A stretch of 62,795 bases of DNA from an uncultured Bdellovibrionales bacterium (GTDB lineage Bacteria > Patescibacteriota > Minisyncoccia > Moranbacterales > UBA1568): positions 1 through 62,795 of the forward strand of contig CAZBFG010000002.1 of assembly GCA_964491155.1 (NCBI GenBank), read 5' to 3'. Of the stretch, positions 29,719 to 40,247 are shown one piece after another. The translations under genes were made by a program, and so were the position numbers. The notes below the pieces were generated by a model, which searched no databases, was not told the origin of the DNA, and saw only the letters and a list, made by a program, of their open reading frames with translations. Position 1 is the first letter of the stretch, and every line of letters begins with the position of its first letter.

Positions 29719-31311
29719 TTAAACTGCTACCAGCCCCAACTTTTTCAATCGGGAGCGGATGCCTCCGGGCTGACGGCCGAGTTTTTCGCACAGTTCTTTC
29801 ATCTGCTTACCCCGCTCAAACATTTTCTTCAGCTTCTCTTCCTCTTCATCAGTCCAGGGTCGATAGGCCTGCGGGTGCTTTTCTCGGAGAACAGCAAAAC
29901 CATCTGGCTCGGTCGGAGCCGTCTTTTTTACCTTTTTCACTTTTTTCTCTTTTTTTATACGCTTTTGTTTGCCATCACAGATAATGATAAAGTTGCGCTC
30001 CATCTCGGCAATGCGCTCGGGAGAAAGACAAGCATACTCCGCTTCCGCTCGTTCCGAAGCCGTCCGAAAACGTTCATCCTCGGCGAGGACAATCGGATGT
30101 ACCTGAAAGGCCCTTGCATTGGCTCCGAGGAGATGAACCCCCGAAAGCGTGCGTACCCGAGAGAGGGCCACATAGCCCTGCCCGTATTCAAACGTCTGCG
30201 ACAGATCCATGACCGCCGCATCAAGCGATACTCCCTGACTCTTGTGAATCGTCATCGCCCACGCCAGACGAAGCGGGATCTGAGTAATCTTGGCAAAGAC
30301 TTCATCTCCTTCGGCAATCGTCCATTCAGCTGGTTCTGTTTCAATCTTCAAGCCGTCCGTTGTTTTGACGATTGGATATTTTTTGTCACTCGTAAAACCA
30401 ATGACGGTACCCAGTGTCCCATTGACGTACCCGCCTCCGGCATTGTTTTTGGTAAACATCACCGCCGCCCCAATTTTCAGTTCCAAGCGCTCCGGTGAAA
30501 GACAGCCCCGGACCAACGCACTGGTCAGCGCCTCCGGACCGCGCAGTGCCATAGTATAGGCATGGGTCTTGCTGGAAAGTTTCTTGAGTTCCGTATTGTT
30601 AAGCGTATCGACATTGGCGTTGTGTGAATACAACCGCGTCATATCATCCGGCAATTCGGCTGGTGTGATGAAGCGTTCGCGAATACTTTCAAAATGGGTT
30701 TCGTCAAATTCATTACGACGTATCGCTGAGAGGATAGAAAGAAACACGCTGTCTTCCTGACGGTGCTGTTCGGTCAGGTAGCACACCGTCGGCCGCAGGA
30801 CATTCCAGATCTCGGCATCAAAAGCAAATTCTGAAACGGCATTGGCCGCTTGATTTTTTTTTCCAGAAACCGGTGGGAGCTGAAAGAAATCCCCAACCAA
30901 CACCACCTGCAGTCCACCAAACGGCAATTGCACTTTCCGCACTTTGCGACACACCCGCTCCACCAGTGTCAGTATGCGACCATCGAGCATCGACACTTCA
31001 TCGATGATGAGCACTTTGGCTTTTTTGATACGCTTACTCACGTAACGGTTTTCTGCGATGTGTTTCAGGGCCTGGTCATCCAATTCGGACTGCACACCGA
31101 TCCCGCTCCACGAATGAATGGTCATCCCATGAATATGGGTAGCAGCGATACCCGTCGATGCAGTCACAGCAAAGTCTATCTCATGGGCGCGGAGATAGTC
31201 GGTGTACTGATTGATAGTGTAGGTCTTGCCCGAACCGGCCTCGCCCGTGAGAAATACGTGCGCCCCGGTCTTCAAAATGGCAACGGCTTGGTCTTGAGTC
31301 ATATTCCTCAT
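29719..31311 (-). CDS. Pif1/RecD-like SF1B DNA helicase with basic C-terminal tail
   Basis: Walker A GEAGSGKTY, LIIDEVSM, VGDFFQLPPV, TIHKSQG, YVALSRVR. Confidence 0.85.
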   Translation of the reverse strand: MRNMTQDQAVAILKTGAHVFLTGEAGSGKTYTINQYTDYLRAHEIDFAVTASTGIAATHIHGMTIHSWSGIGVQSELDDQALKHIAENRYVSKRIKKAKVLIIDEVSMLDGRILTLVERVCRKVRKVQLPFGGLQVVLVGDFFQLPPVSGKKNQAANAVSEFAFDAEIWNVLRPTVCYLTEQHRQEDSVFLSILSAIRRNEFDETHFESIRERFITPAELPDDMTRLYSHNANVDTLNNTELKKLSSKTHAYTMALRGPEALTSALVRGCLSPERLELKIGAAVMFTKNNAGGGYVNGTLGTVIGFTSDKKYPIVKTTDGLKIETEPAEWTIAEGDEVFAKITQIPLRLAWAMTIHKSQGVSLDAAVMDLSQTFEYGQGYVALSRVRTLSGVHLLGANARAFQVHPIVLAEDERFRTASERAEAEYACLSPERIAEMERNFIIICDGKQKRIKKEKKVKKVKKTAPTEPDGFAVLREKHPQAYRPWTDEEEEKLKKMFERGKQMKELCEKLGRQPGGIRSRLKKLGLVAV

Positions 31312-31393
31312 CCTACCATTTCCTGTGGGGAAGTATCAAAAAAAAGAACGGACGAGGGCTCATGAGCCTCCGTCCGTGAATTGTGCCGACTTC

Positions 31394-31981
31394 CTAGCGG
31401 TAGGTCATGTACTCTGCGGCGTAACCCACTTCCTCGATGGTCAAATACCCGTGCGAATAAGTGATGTGCCGCTTCTCCCAGACCGCCTCATGGGGATGTG
31501 GAACGTACATTTCCACCCGGCGCTGGCATCCCGTTACATAAAAGTCCCGGAATCCCAGCAGCATTGCCGTCAAATCGACCGCTTCCTCCTGCTGCCGTAG
31601 CGGATGCGACGTGGCATTCAGCACGACATGGCACAGCTCATGCGCCATCGCGAGCACCACTTGTTCAAACAGGCTTTCCTCGATGAAGCTCTTCCGGATG
31701 TACACGGGCACGGTAAGCGCCCGAAAAGCCGGTGTGCCAACCAGCGGCATGAGGCTCGGCATTTCTACCCACGCGGGTGCATTCTTCGGCCCCCCGCTGT
31801 TCACAAGTCCGAGCGCCAGCTTGATATCGAGATGAAGCGTGCTCTTGACCTGATAGAGCATCCGCCCGTAGTCCCGCTCTTTGTACAACTCATCCAGCCG
31901 GGTTTCCGCGACCGGAGTCCTCACTGGGCCGAATGAAGCCCGGAGCGTCTTGATCCATGATTCAATTTGCGCTTGGCGCAC
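31394..31981 (-). CDS. hypothetical protein with HExxH zinc-peptidase-like motif
   Basis: AMAHELCHVVL; no further family assignment. Confidence 0.5.
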   Translation of the reverse strand: MRQAQIESWIKTLRASFGPVRTPVAETRLDELYKERDYGRMLYQVKSTLHLDIKLALGLVNSGGPKNAPAWVEMPSLMPLVGTPAFRALTVPVYIRKSFIEESLFEQVVLAMAHELCHVVLNATSHPLRQQEEAVDLTAMLLGFRDFYVTGCQRRVEMYVPHPHEAVWEKRHITYSHGYLTIEEVGYAAEYMTYR

Positions 31982-32101
31982 TGTCTTCTCCTCTGTTGAA
32001 ATATACCCTCAAACACCCCGCGTGTCTGAAGTAAATATTATACACATTTTTCATAAAAAGTCAAGATGGCGTGAGATTTAACACTCTCAATATATAACAA
32101 A

Positions 32102-32131
32102 GAAAAAAAGCCGCAGGATATTACCCTACGG
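32102..32131 (-). terminator. intrinsic terminator (minus strand) after purC
   Basis: A-run then GCCG.AGG / CCT.CGGC stem; a second hairpin GGTCAG/CTGACC at 32139-32154. Confidence 0.55.
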
Positions 32132-32169
32132 CAAAGTTGGTCAGCCTGCTGACCTATCTGCAAACGAAA

Positions 32170-33120
32170 TCATGGATAGCGTGTCGCCTGGAACGTCTCA
32201 AGTGCTACTCCAGTCAGCGCTTCGACGATTTGTTCATAGCGAAGCGTGGTCTCCTCGATAACGGCCGGACTGAACGCAATCGGTGACTTCTTACCACTCG
32301 CCCAGACGTGCTCCGCTTCTTCGCGAAGGTACTGCTTGTCGAGCCAGGCAGGCTCTTGTCCGACAGTGAGACCATCGGCTCTGACAAAGCGGCACGAGTC
32401 CGGCGTCAGGCACTCGTCCCCCAACACCACTTGTCCCATCGAATCAATACCGACTTCGAATTTGCCGTCGATAATCTCGATACCACACCGCGCAGCAAAG
32501 GCGAGGCCCGTCTCGTAGGTCCTCAGCGCAAGCCGATAAGCCTCTGGGTACCGCTCTGCTGTTGCAACCGCATCAAGCGGATCATCGGTCTCTGACTTGT
32601 CCGTTGGTGTGAACACTGTGTGCTCAAATGGCGACATCAGCTGCAATCCCGACGGCAATCCCAGACCATAAGGATTTGACAACCCCTTTTGATAGTAGTC
32701 CTTCCACAGACTGCCCGCCATGCGACTCCGGAAGATGAACTCTACCGGGATCATGGTAAGTCTCCGGATGACCAAAGCTCGAAACAAGAGGTCATCGGGA
32801 GACGCTTGGCGCGGGATGTAGTTCCAGATACGGCTCCCGGACGCTACCAGGTGCGTCATGATGCCCGGAAGTTGTTCCCTCATCCAGAACACCGTCAGCG
32901 CCGTCAGGGCGTAGCCTTTTTTCGGAATGACACTTTCATGAACGATGTTGTGAGTACTCACCCGGTCAGTGGCCACCGTGAGCAGAAACTCTGGATGACC
33001 AGGAATGGCGAAGGTGTCCCGCACCTTACCCTGGTGGACACACTCGAGTCCGGGAACTGCCGGTTCGAATTTTAAGCTATTCACGTTGCTCTCCTGCGAA
33101 AGATTCTTGGAATCTGCCAA
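32170..33120 (-). CDS. purC: SAICAR synthetase (PurC), long form
   Basis: GKVRDTF..LTVATDRVSTHN..and C-terminal DGKFEVG motif. Confidence 0.8.
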   Translation of the reverse strand: MADSKNLSQESNVNSLKFEPAVPGLECVHQGKVRDTFAIPGHPEFLLTVATDRVSTHNIVHESVIPKKGYALTALTVFWMREQLPGIMTHLVASGSRIWNYIPRQASPDDLLFRALVIRRLTMIPVEFIFRSRMAGSLWKDYYQKGLSNPYGLGLPSGLQLMSPFEHTVFTPTDKSETDDPLDAVATAERYPEAYRLALRTYETGLAFAARCGIEIIDGKFEVGIDSMGQVVLGDECLTPDSCRFVRADGLTVGQEPAWLDKQYLREEAEHVWASGKKSPIAFSPAVIEETTLRYEQIVEALTGVALETFQATRYP

Positions 33121-33222
33121 GCCAGAATGAAACCTTTGCCCGTGTCGTTAACGGACATTTCAGTATTACCTTTTTATACTTTCTTGTAAAGAAGTGTAGA
33201 AAATCGTGAACATTTAGAAAAG

Positions 33223-33660
33223 CTACAGAGAGAGATGTCTCGTTGGTTTCAGTACTGCCTTGGGGTCAGTCTTCCACTCGTCGGAAACATCGGCATAGAG
33301 CTCGAGCTCGTTGCCATCGGGATCGAGAATATAGAGACTGTGGGTGACGTGATGGTCAGCGGATCCGACGATAGTCACACCCTTTCCCTGCAGTTCTTGA
33401 TGCACGGCTTTCAGCGCCTCCGGTCCGTCACCGATCTTGAACCCGATGTGATAGAGCCCCGGTTCCGGCGTGTGGCGTTCACGCGGGAGGCCACCGATCT
33501 CGATCAACAGCAACTCGTGATGGGTGCGACCCGAAGAAAAAAGGGCCATGCCGGGACGCCGGTCGATTTCGCGGAAGCCCAAAATATCACGATAAAAGTT
33601 GGCCAACTTTTCGGCGTTGGTGACGTAGAGGACGAGATGTCCGAGTTCTTTGATTTCCAT
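33223..33660 (-). CDS. VOC-family dioxygenase/glyoxalase
   Basis: LGHLVLYV.N..FY.D.LGF...HHEL..LYHIGF..SLYILDPDGNELELY. Confidence 0.8.
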   Translation of the reverse strand: MEIKELGHLVLYVTNAEKLANFYRDILGFREIDRRPGMALFSSGRTHHELLLIEIGGLPRERHTPEPGLYHIGFKIGDGPEALKAVHQELQGKGVTIVGSADHHVTHSLYILDPDGNELELYADVSDEWKTDPKAVLKPTRHLSL

Positions 33661-33681
33661 AAGTATCTTTGATTCTTACTC

Positions 33682-34188
33682 TTAAAACTTTCGACTATCG
33701 TAGGCCCAGTGGAGAAGCGCCTGGCGCTGACGTGGCCGACAAGAGAGGCCTCCAGGCCGACAGTTGTGTACCACCTGCGCGATATGTCGACTGATAGCCT
33801 TCCATCGTTTAATCTGCCGTTCGTCCTCCCCTTTCAAACGACGCCCCATGTAGTAACGACAGTACCACTGAAACCAGCCACGTGGGTCATCCGGAAATAT
33901 CCAGTCCTTGGCCTGCCAAACCGAGAGTGACTGAGAAGCCCGTACACCAAAAAAATTCAAGTCTTTATTGTAACGTTCCGGCGAAAGCTTGGCATTTTTG
34001 AACCAGCTCTTGGGAAACTCATTCTGACAATCCGTCATGTACTTGCCGCCAAATACTCCGAGTGCCAGCATCTCCTGCGGCGTCAAATCCGGCTTGAAGT
34101 CAGGGTGAAAATTTTTCCCTATCGGTTCAGTACACGTATACCGATACTGTTTCTGCATGGTATCATTGACCGCTACTTGTCTTGTCAT
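33682..34188 (-). CDS. conserved hypothetical protein (Trp-rich)
   Basis: FGGKYMTD..PDDPRGWFQWYCRYYMGRR..DERQIKRW looks like a conserved family I cannot name; start at MTRQV (ATG 34188). Confidence 0.55.
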   Translation of the reverse strand: MTRQVAVNDTMQKQYRYTCTEPIGKNFHPDFKPDLTPQEMLALGVFGGKYMTDCQNEFPKSWFKNAKLSPERYNKDLNFFGVRASQSLSVWQAKDWIFPDDPRGWFQWYCRYYMGRRLKGEDERQIKRWKAISRHIAQVVHNCRPGGLSCRPRQRQALLHWAYDSRKF

Positions 34189-34271
34189 AAAAAATTTCTT
34201 CGGGTAGAAAGCGTAAGCGGACCGACAAAGAAATATTGTATCGATCCGCTCCGAGGGCACCATGCCCTTGG

Positions 34272-34652
34272 TTACTTGGCGCGATTGCGCCGCACCGGGT
34301 GATGAAAAACATGTCCATTGAAGTTGTCCTCGGAACTCCGTACGTAGCGGAACGAAACCGTCCGCCGATACTCACCGCGACCAAAGTGCAGTCGGACGAT
34401 GTAGTACCCGAGCAACTGACGCCCCCAGAAACGGCGAGGTGCTTTTTTCACCGAAAACTCTTCCATCGGAACCATCTGCCCCCTGGCATTGACACGTTCC
34501 TGTGGAGAGAGCAGTGCCAAGATTTTTTCCACCAACTTTTGGTGGAGGAGTTCGACAGAAAATCTCCCGTCGCTCCAAAATCCCAGCCCTTCTTGGTGTG
34601 TGAACACGAGTAGCACTCCGCCACTCTCTAGTTTACTGACAGGCTTCAGCAT
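34272..34652 (-). CDS. hypothetical protein (126 aa)
   Basis: ORF only. Confidence 0.45.
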   Translation of the reverse strand: MLKPVSKLESGGVLLVFTHQEGLGFWSDGRFSVELLHQKLVEKILALLSPQERVNARGQMVPMEEFSVKKAPRRFWGRQLLGYYIVRLHFGRGEYRRTVSFRYVRSSEDNFNGHVFHHPVRRNRAK

Positions 34653-34718
34653 GATGACCTCCTTTCAAGGGTCAGGGTTGAAGAACTATCTTCAGTCTAG
34701 GCCTCCTCACACAAGACG

Positions 34719-37295
34719 TCAAACACCTTTTTTCAAGACCTTCTTCAAATAGTGGCCCGTATAGGACGCGCTGTTGTGCGCTACTTCTTCCGGCGTACCG
34801 GTGGCGACAATCTGACCACCACCGACACCACCTTCAGGGCCGATGTCGATGACATGATCGGCACTCTTGATGAGGTCCATATTGTGCTCGATGACCATGA
34901 CCGTGTTTCCCTTCACGACTAATCGCTCCAAAATCTCGATCAGTTTCTTGACGTCCTCATAGTGCAGTCCGATAGTCGGTTCATCGAGGAGGTAGATAGT
35001 GCGCTCAATATGCTGCCGATACAGTTCGCTCGATATTTTGACACGCTGCGCTTCACCGCCGGACAGAGTGGTGGCCGACTGACCGAGTCGCAAATACCCC
35101 AGTCCCACTTCGTTCAATGTCTTCAGCCGATCGGCAATGGCTGGAATATCAGCAAAAAAAGAAAAGGCTTCCTCGATCGTCATTTCAAGGACATCGTGGA
35201 TACTCTTGTGTTTGTATTTGACCTCGAGCGTCTCCTTGGTAAAGCGTTTACCATCACACACATCACACTGTACATAGACGGTCGGGAGAAAGTGCATCTC
35301 CACCGCGATAAAGCCGTTGCCCTCGCAGGTTTCACAGCGCCCACCGGGACGATTGAATGAGAAGCGCCCAGCTTTCCAGCCACGGACACGTGCCTCTTCA
35401 CTGGCGGCAAACAAATCACGAATATGACCAAAGGCACCCGTGTAGGTAGCCGGATTGGAACGGGGCGTTCGACCGATCGGACTCTGGTCAATCAGCACAA
35501 CACGCGACAGATACTCGGTTCCGGAAAGAGACGTACAATTGAAGACTTCATTTGATTTGTAGCGACGATCAAAACGCGCCTGCAGATTCTTGTGCAAAAT
35601 TTCATAAAGAAAGGTCGACTTGCCGGAGCCAGACACGCCGGTCACCACGTTCAGCCGACCAAGCGGAATATCAACATTCATGTTCTTGATATTGAACAGA
35701 TTGCCACCGCGAATTTTGATCAGACCTTTTTCTTTACTTCGTCTCGTCTTGGGAATCGGGACGGACTCTTCGCCACGTAAGTACGCAAGCGTCAGTGATC
35801 CGGATGTATTTTTCTTGGCCATGAGCAAATCCTCGAGATAACCCGAGACGACGACTTCACCACCATGCACTCCCGCCCGCGGTCCGATGTCGACTATAAA
35901 GTCAGAGGCAAAAATCGTGTCTTCGTCGTGCTCGACGATGATGATAGTATTACCCAAATTCTTCAGTGCCTTGAGCGTTTCGATCAATCGCTCATTGTCG
36001 CGCTGATGTAAACCAATAGTCGGCTCATCAAGGACATAGAGTGCTCCAACTAGTTTGCTCCCGAGCTGGCTCGCCAATCGGATACGCTGCGCCTCGCCGC
36101 CGGACAGCGTGTTGGCGCGTCGATCAAGTGTCAGATAGTTGAGGCCGACGTTGAGCAAAAACTGCAACCGTCCCCCGACTTCACGGAGTACCACTGAAGC
36201 AATCTGACGTTCACGTTCGGAGAGCTGCAAATCATCGAAAAAGTGCTTGGCTTCTTCCGTCATCATCTTGGTCACTTCGACAATATTTTTTCCGCCAATC
36301 ATGATATGAAGGGCTTCTTCACGCAACCTCGTCCCATGACAGACATCACAGGGATCATCACCAAAAAAGTGTTTGGTCCCCAAGCCATTACATGCCTCAC
36401 AGGCACCATACGGAGAGTTAAACGAAAACAATCGCGGCTCCACCTCTGGATAGGAAAAGCCATCGTACGGACACGAGAATTTCGAGGAAAGTACCAATTT
36501 TTCTTTGCCGATATGAACCTGTACCAAGCCATCACTTTCCTCGAGCGCGCGCTGCACCGCTTCTGACAGGCGTTCCTCGGAAGTTTCTGGAAACTTGGTG
36601 AACTCTTCGAGCGGCAACTCGTCGACAATAAAGTCGATGTCGTGCTTTTTGTTTTTGGAGAGGATTACCTGTTCACGCAAACTCTTGCGCACGCCATCAA
36701 GAAAAATTTCCGAAAAACCTTTGTTCAAGGCATTGTAGAGCAACTGATAGTATTCGCCCTTACGACCTCGCACGACCGGTGACGTAATAATAAGCGTTTC
36801 CTTTTTTTTCTTGGCACTCTTCAAGGCGTCCTGTACTTTTTCTGAAACGAGCAAGAGCATTTCTTCCGGCGCCAATTTCTGAATCTCGCGATTACAGAGG
36901 AGACAGTGCGGCCGACCCAGACGAGCATAGAGGACACGGAGATAGTCATAAATTTCTGTCACGGTTGCGACGGTCGATCGAGGATTGCGGCTGGCAGATT
37001 TCTGATCAATAGAGATAGCCGGCGACAAGCCGATGATCTCATCGACGTCCGGTTTCTGCATCGTGTTCAAAAACTGCCGCGCATACGCAGAAAGCGACTC
37101 GACATAGCGGCGCTGACCCTCGGCAAAAATCGTATCAAATGCCAGCGATGATTTACCGGATCCGGACAAACCGGTAAACACCACCATGGCGTTCCGTGGC
37201 ATCTCGACGGTAATATTTTTCAAATTATGCGTACGAGCGCCCTTGACGATAATAGAGCCGCTCGGTTCCGGATTGTGGTGTTTCTTGAGAGTCAT
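34719..37295 (-). CDS. UvrA paralogue lacking the insertion domain
   Basis: same ABC modules and LSGGE signatures as uvrA; only 9 residues between CEACNGLG and CDVCHGTRL, where the first UvrA has 113. Confidence 0.9.
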   Translation of the reverse strand: MTLKKHHNPEPSGSIIVKGARTHNLKNITVEMPRNAMVVFTGLSGSGKSSLAFDTIFAEGQRRYVESLSAYARQFLNTMQKPDVDEIIGLSPAISIDQKSASRNPRSTVATVTEIYDYLRVLYARLGRPHCLLCNREIQKLAPEEMLLLVSEKVQDALKSAKKKKETLIITSPVVRGRKGEYYQLLYNALNKGFSEIFLDGVRKSLREQVILSKNKKHDIDFIVDELPLEEFTKFPETSEERLSEAVQRALEESDGLVQVHIGKEKLVLSSKFSCPYDGFSYPEVEPRLFSFNSPYGACEACNGLGTKHFFGDDPCDVCHGTRLREEALHIMIGGKNIVEVTKMMTEEAKHFFDDLQLSERERQIASVVLREVGGRLQFLLNVGLNYLTLDRRANTLSGGEAQRIRLASQLGSKLVGALYVLDEPTIGLHQRDNERLIETLKALKNLGNTIIIVEHDEDTIFASDFIVDIGPRAGVHGGEVVVSGYLEDLLMAKKNTSGSLTLAYLRGEESVPIPKTRRSKEKGLIKIRGGNLFNIKNMNVDIPLGRLNVVTGVSGSGKSTFLYEILHKNLQARFDRRYKSNEVFNCTSLSGTEYLSRVVLIDQSPIGRTPRSNPATYTGAFGHIRDLFAASEEARVRGWKAGRFSFNRPGGRCETCEGNGFIAVEMHFLPTVYVQCDVCDGKRFTKETLEVKYKHKSIHDVLEMTIEEAFSFFADIPAIADRLKTLNEVGLGYLRLGQSATTLSGGEAQRVKISSELYRQHIERTIYLLDEPTIGLHYEDVKKLIEILERLVVKGNTVMVIEHNMDLIKSADHVIDIGPEGGVGGGQIVATGTPEEVAHNSASYTGHYLKKVLKKGV

Positions 37296-37314
37296 AAGTA
37301 ATTTCAGAACAAAT

Positions 37315-38013
37315 CTAGAAGTGCTCGAGCATCATACGATAATCTTCTTCGCGTTCCAAATGAACGACTAGCTCAACGGTACCGCTCGGCATCTCGCGAC
37401 TAAACGACGCAAAATCAGACAACCAATCCAAACTCACCAAATACTCTGATGTTTGAAATGTCTCGTTTTGATACAGATGCACTGTTCGTCCCCACAAAAA
37501 AGATAGTACTTTGCCAATCAGATTAAAATTCTGCGAAAGCAGCATCCCGCGACGACTGAAACGGACATACTGTACGCCATGCCGCTTGGCGAGTGCCACA
37601 AACACTCGGGAGAAATCCGGAAAAAAATGCAGATGTTCGTGCGAATTGAGCCCGTCCGGTAAGCGACCGAACAATTCCTGAAACCGTCTAATCTGATCGC
37701 TCCACTCATCTTCGACCTGCTCTGCGGTCAAAAGTCCGGTAATATAGCGCATGAAAAAATTCACTCCCCGTGACACCGCACTTTCTCGAACCTTGTCGCC
37801 TGTTTTGAGCACACCGATCAGTTCAAGATGCAAATCAATCTTGGCTCCGGATTCCAAAAGTGCCTTGGCCTGATCAAGCGACACGTAGTGAATGAGTACC
37901 GCTACCCGATCTACCTTGCCCTCGTGCACCAAACGCAAAATAGGCTCCGCCGTCTGGCGAATCCCATAGTCATCGGCAGTCACGATAAATCGGTCTCGAA
38001 TATCTTGGGTCAT
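37315..38013 (-). CDS. ChbG/YdjC-family carbohydrate deacetylase
   Basis: [18 protein letters not shown] motifs. Confidence 0.75.
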   Translation of the reverse strand: MTQDIRDRFIVTADDYGIRQTAEPILRLVHEGKVDRVAVLIHYVSLDQAKALLESGAKIDLHLELIGVLKTGDKVRESAVSRGVNFFMRYITGLLTAEQVEDEWSDQIRRFQELFGRLPDGLNSHEHLHFFPDFSRVFVALAKRHGVQYVRFSRRGMLLSQNFNLIGKVLSFLWGRTVHLYQNETFQTSEYLVSLDWLSDFASFSREMPSGTVELVVHLEREEDYRMMLEHF

Positions 38014-38075
38014 GATGAAGACATACTCTCAAGCGGTCGTGTTATTGTGTCAGAAAATTGCATTTCTGGCAAGGG

Positions 38076-38381
38076 TTAATTTTCATCATTTATTACCCGG
38101 CCGTTCCGAATACAGACCCCTTCTGTCTCTAAAATTCGCCCCTTAGCTTTTGTTCCACGGTTGTACTGCCCCAGCATTCCATCGGATCGTACTACTCGAT
38201 GACAGGGTCGAGCCGGGTCAAAGTTCTGCCTCATGAGGTTCCCAACGGCTCGAGCCGCCCCAAGAAATCCAGCCCGCTTTGCCACTTCGGCGTAGGTCAG
38301 CACCTGTCCTTTTGGGATAGCACAAACCACTTCCCACACTTTTTGGGAAAAAGAGCCCTGCTTATTTTTCATGGTGACCAT
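38076..38381 (-). CDS. ogt: methylated-DNA-protein-cysteine methyltransferase, C-terminal domain only
   Basis: IPKGQVLTYAEVA..PCHRVV active-site motif; only 101 aa. Confidence 0.85.
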   Translation of the reverse strand: MVTMKNKQGSFSQKVWEVVCAIPKGQVLTYAEVAKRAGFLGAARAVGNLMRQNFDPARPCHRVVRSDGMLGQYNRGTKAKGRILETEGVCIRNGRVINDEN

Positions 38382-38385
38382 GATA

Positions 38386-39240
38386 CTAATCGCCCAACGT
38401 CTTTTTTAGTTCGTCCTTGGCAGTCTCCACGGATGTTTTGAAAGTTTCCATGGCTGTCTTGATTGCTCCTCGTCTTGTTTCAGCCAAAGCTTTTACTTGA
38501 GTTTTGATTTTCTCAGAAGCGGTCTTGTCTTCTTTCAAAGACCCTCGTGCTGCCTCGAGTGCCGAACGAAAATTGCTTCGTACCGTTTCCTGGTTTGCTC
38601 CACCGTCACAATCACTCTTGGCCTTGGCCACAGCTGCCTTTACATCGGATTCAAATTCATCGGCAGCATTTTTCATATCATCTGCGCGCGAAGCCATAGC
38701 AGCATCGACGCCCGTTCGGAAAGCCTCGATAGCATCATCAACATCCTCTTGCCGGTCATTCACTGCCTTTTCCACTGCTGACTTGAAGTCTTTGACGGCT
38801 TCTTTTTTTGCATCAGTATCAGCCCGTGCTTCGAGCTTTTGGTACATTTCACTTCGTTTTTGATCAGCACCCGAGCGGTTGTCTTCAAGCTTGGCAGTTC
38901 GACCATCACGACTCTCTTCCATTCGATCCGAGCGATTTCCTTTTCGATCCTCCAATTTTCCACGACGCTCAGTCATGTTAGTAGCAATCTTTTCTGCCTG
39001 CTCAGCAAAGCGACTACAGAATGCTTCCTGACGCTTTTCCTGCATCTCTTCTTTCTTGGCTTCGCGATCAGCCTCGCGTTCTTCCATCTTTTCAGTACGG
39101 GCAGCTTGGCGTTCTTCCATCTTGGCGGTACGAGCAGCCTCGCGATCCTCTGCAGGTGTCGCTGCAGAGAGCGAGAGCGGCATGAGGAGCATAGCAACAC
39201 CAAACAAGGAAGCTGTTTTTTTACAGGTTATTTTCATCAT
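38386..39240 (-). CDS. secreted Glu/Lys/Arg/Ala-rich coiled-coil repeat protein
   Basis: signal peptide, then repeats such as AARTAKMEERQAARTEKMEEREADREAKKEE. Confidence 0.6.
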   Translation of the reverse strand: MMKITCKKTASLFGVAMLLMPLSLSAATPAEDREAARTAKMEERQAARTEKMEEREADREAKKEEMQEKRQEAFCSRFAEQAEKIATNMTERRGKLEDRKGNRSDRMEESRDGRTAKLEDNRSGADQKRSEMYQKLEARADTDAKKEAVKDFKSAVEKAVNDRQEDVDDAIEAFRTGVDAAMASRADDMKNAADEFESDVKAAVAKAKSDCDGGANQETVRSNFRSALEAARGSLKEDKTASEKIKTQVKALAETRRGAIKTAMETFKTSVETAKDELKKTLGD

Positions 39241-39568
39241 AAGAAGTTCCTAAATTATTTACGCTTTCACTGTCCTCATCAACATCGCTAAGCGAAGAAG
39301 CTTCTTCTTCATCAAGCGCCGAAAAATCAACCGAGGATTCTTCGACGATACTCTCTGTGATACCATCAATCGTATCAGGAATCGGTGCTTCCGCCACTTG
39401 TCCCTTATCAGACACTGTTGTTTTTTTCTCACTCGGCATAGATGACTGAACAGTCACGGCCTTTTCTGTACTCCCCGTGTCGCTCGTATACTGCTGGTAC
39501 ACCAAGGTACAGACGAGTACTATCGCCGCAACACCGACAATCACTCCCACAATTTGTTTTTGTGTCAT
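39221..39568 (-). CDS. membrane-anchored acidic protein
   Basis: N-terminal TM helix, D/E/S-rich tail; 20-nt overlap with the downstream gene. Confidence 0.5.
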   Translation of the reverse strand: MTQKQIVGVIVGVAAIVLVCTLVYQQYTSDTGSTEKAVTVQSSMPSEKKTTVSDKGQVAEAPIPDTIDGITESIVEESSVDFSALDEEEASSLSDVDEDSESVNNLGTSYDENNL

Positions 39569-39709
39569 AGATTAGAATTTATAATATGCTTCTATTATAC
39601 CGAGCCTCGCTCCGAATAGCAACGCTCTCCCACATACTTGTAATAATAGAGTGGTGATGCTACGTTTGAGGAAACTTCTTTACCAACTTACCAACCTGGG
39701 AGAAAAATC

Positions 39710-40195
39710 ATGGCTCCATGGAATGATTCGTCCCAGGACCGGGACAACCAACTCATTCTCGCCGGAAAGATAACCGTTCACAAACCAACCGACCTCATCC
39801 TTACGCTTACTGGCGTTATTAACCGGAGCATACACGTCGTCTGGGCACCAAGCAAAAATCCCATATTTGCAGAAATCTATTGCGCGCCGGACAACCTCAA
39901 AACAAGCGACGCCATCAAGGATGCCCGGCTCCACTTGGCTACTCTTTTTCTGGAAGAAGAGCTCTGCCAAATCTTTGCCCATGTAGGCGTCTCTGCATCA
40001 CCTGCTTCCATCCGGAAACTCGTGGCGTGCTACATAGAAATCTATCCAAACAATAACCTCCTGCCTGCTGGACTTGTTTTGGACATCGACCAGGTCTTAC
40101 CTGAAACAACGCGTCGTCATGACTGGGGCGAACGAAGAAAATCTATTCTGACGCTCAACCCACTCGAACGAATGCGACTCAAAGGCCGCAAATAA
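39710..40195 (+). CDS. hypothetical protein (161 aa); strand uncertain
   Basis: GGGAGA 7 nt upstream of the ATG and hairpin GCGGATGCA/TGCATCCGC after the stop; a 100-aa antisense ORF (39680-39982) competes. Confidence 0.35.
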   Translation: MAPWNDSSQDRDNQLILAGKITVHKPTDLILTLTGVINRSIHVVWAPSKNPIFAEIYCAPDNLKTSDAIKDARLHLATLFLEEELCQIFAHVGVSASPASIRKLVACYIEIYPNNNLLPAGLVLDIDQVLPETTRRHDWGERRKSILTLNPLERMRLKGRK

Positions 40196-40247
40196 TACTC
40201 GGCACCCAGCGGATGCAATGCATCCGCGTTTTCATTGCCTGAGTTCT

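Noticed and set aside
29271-30498. 237-aa and 311-aa plus-strand ORFs
   Set aside because: They are antisense to the YdjM-like and Pif1-like genes and have no motifs.
39680-39982. 100-aa minus-strand ORF competing with 39710-40195 (+)
   Set aside because: There is no SD upstream of its ATG, whereas the plus ORF has GGGAGA at the right spacing and a hairpin after its stop. It is not excluded, hence the low confidence on the plus call.
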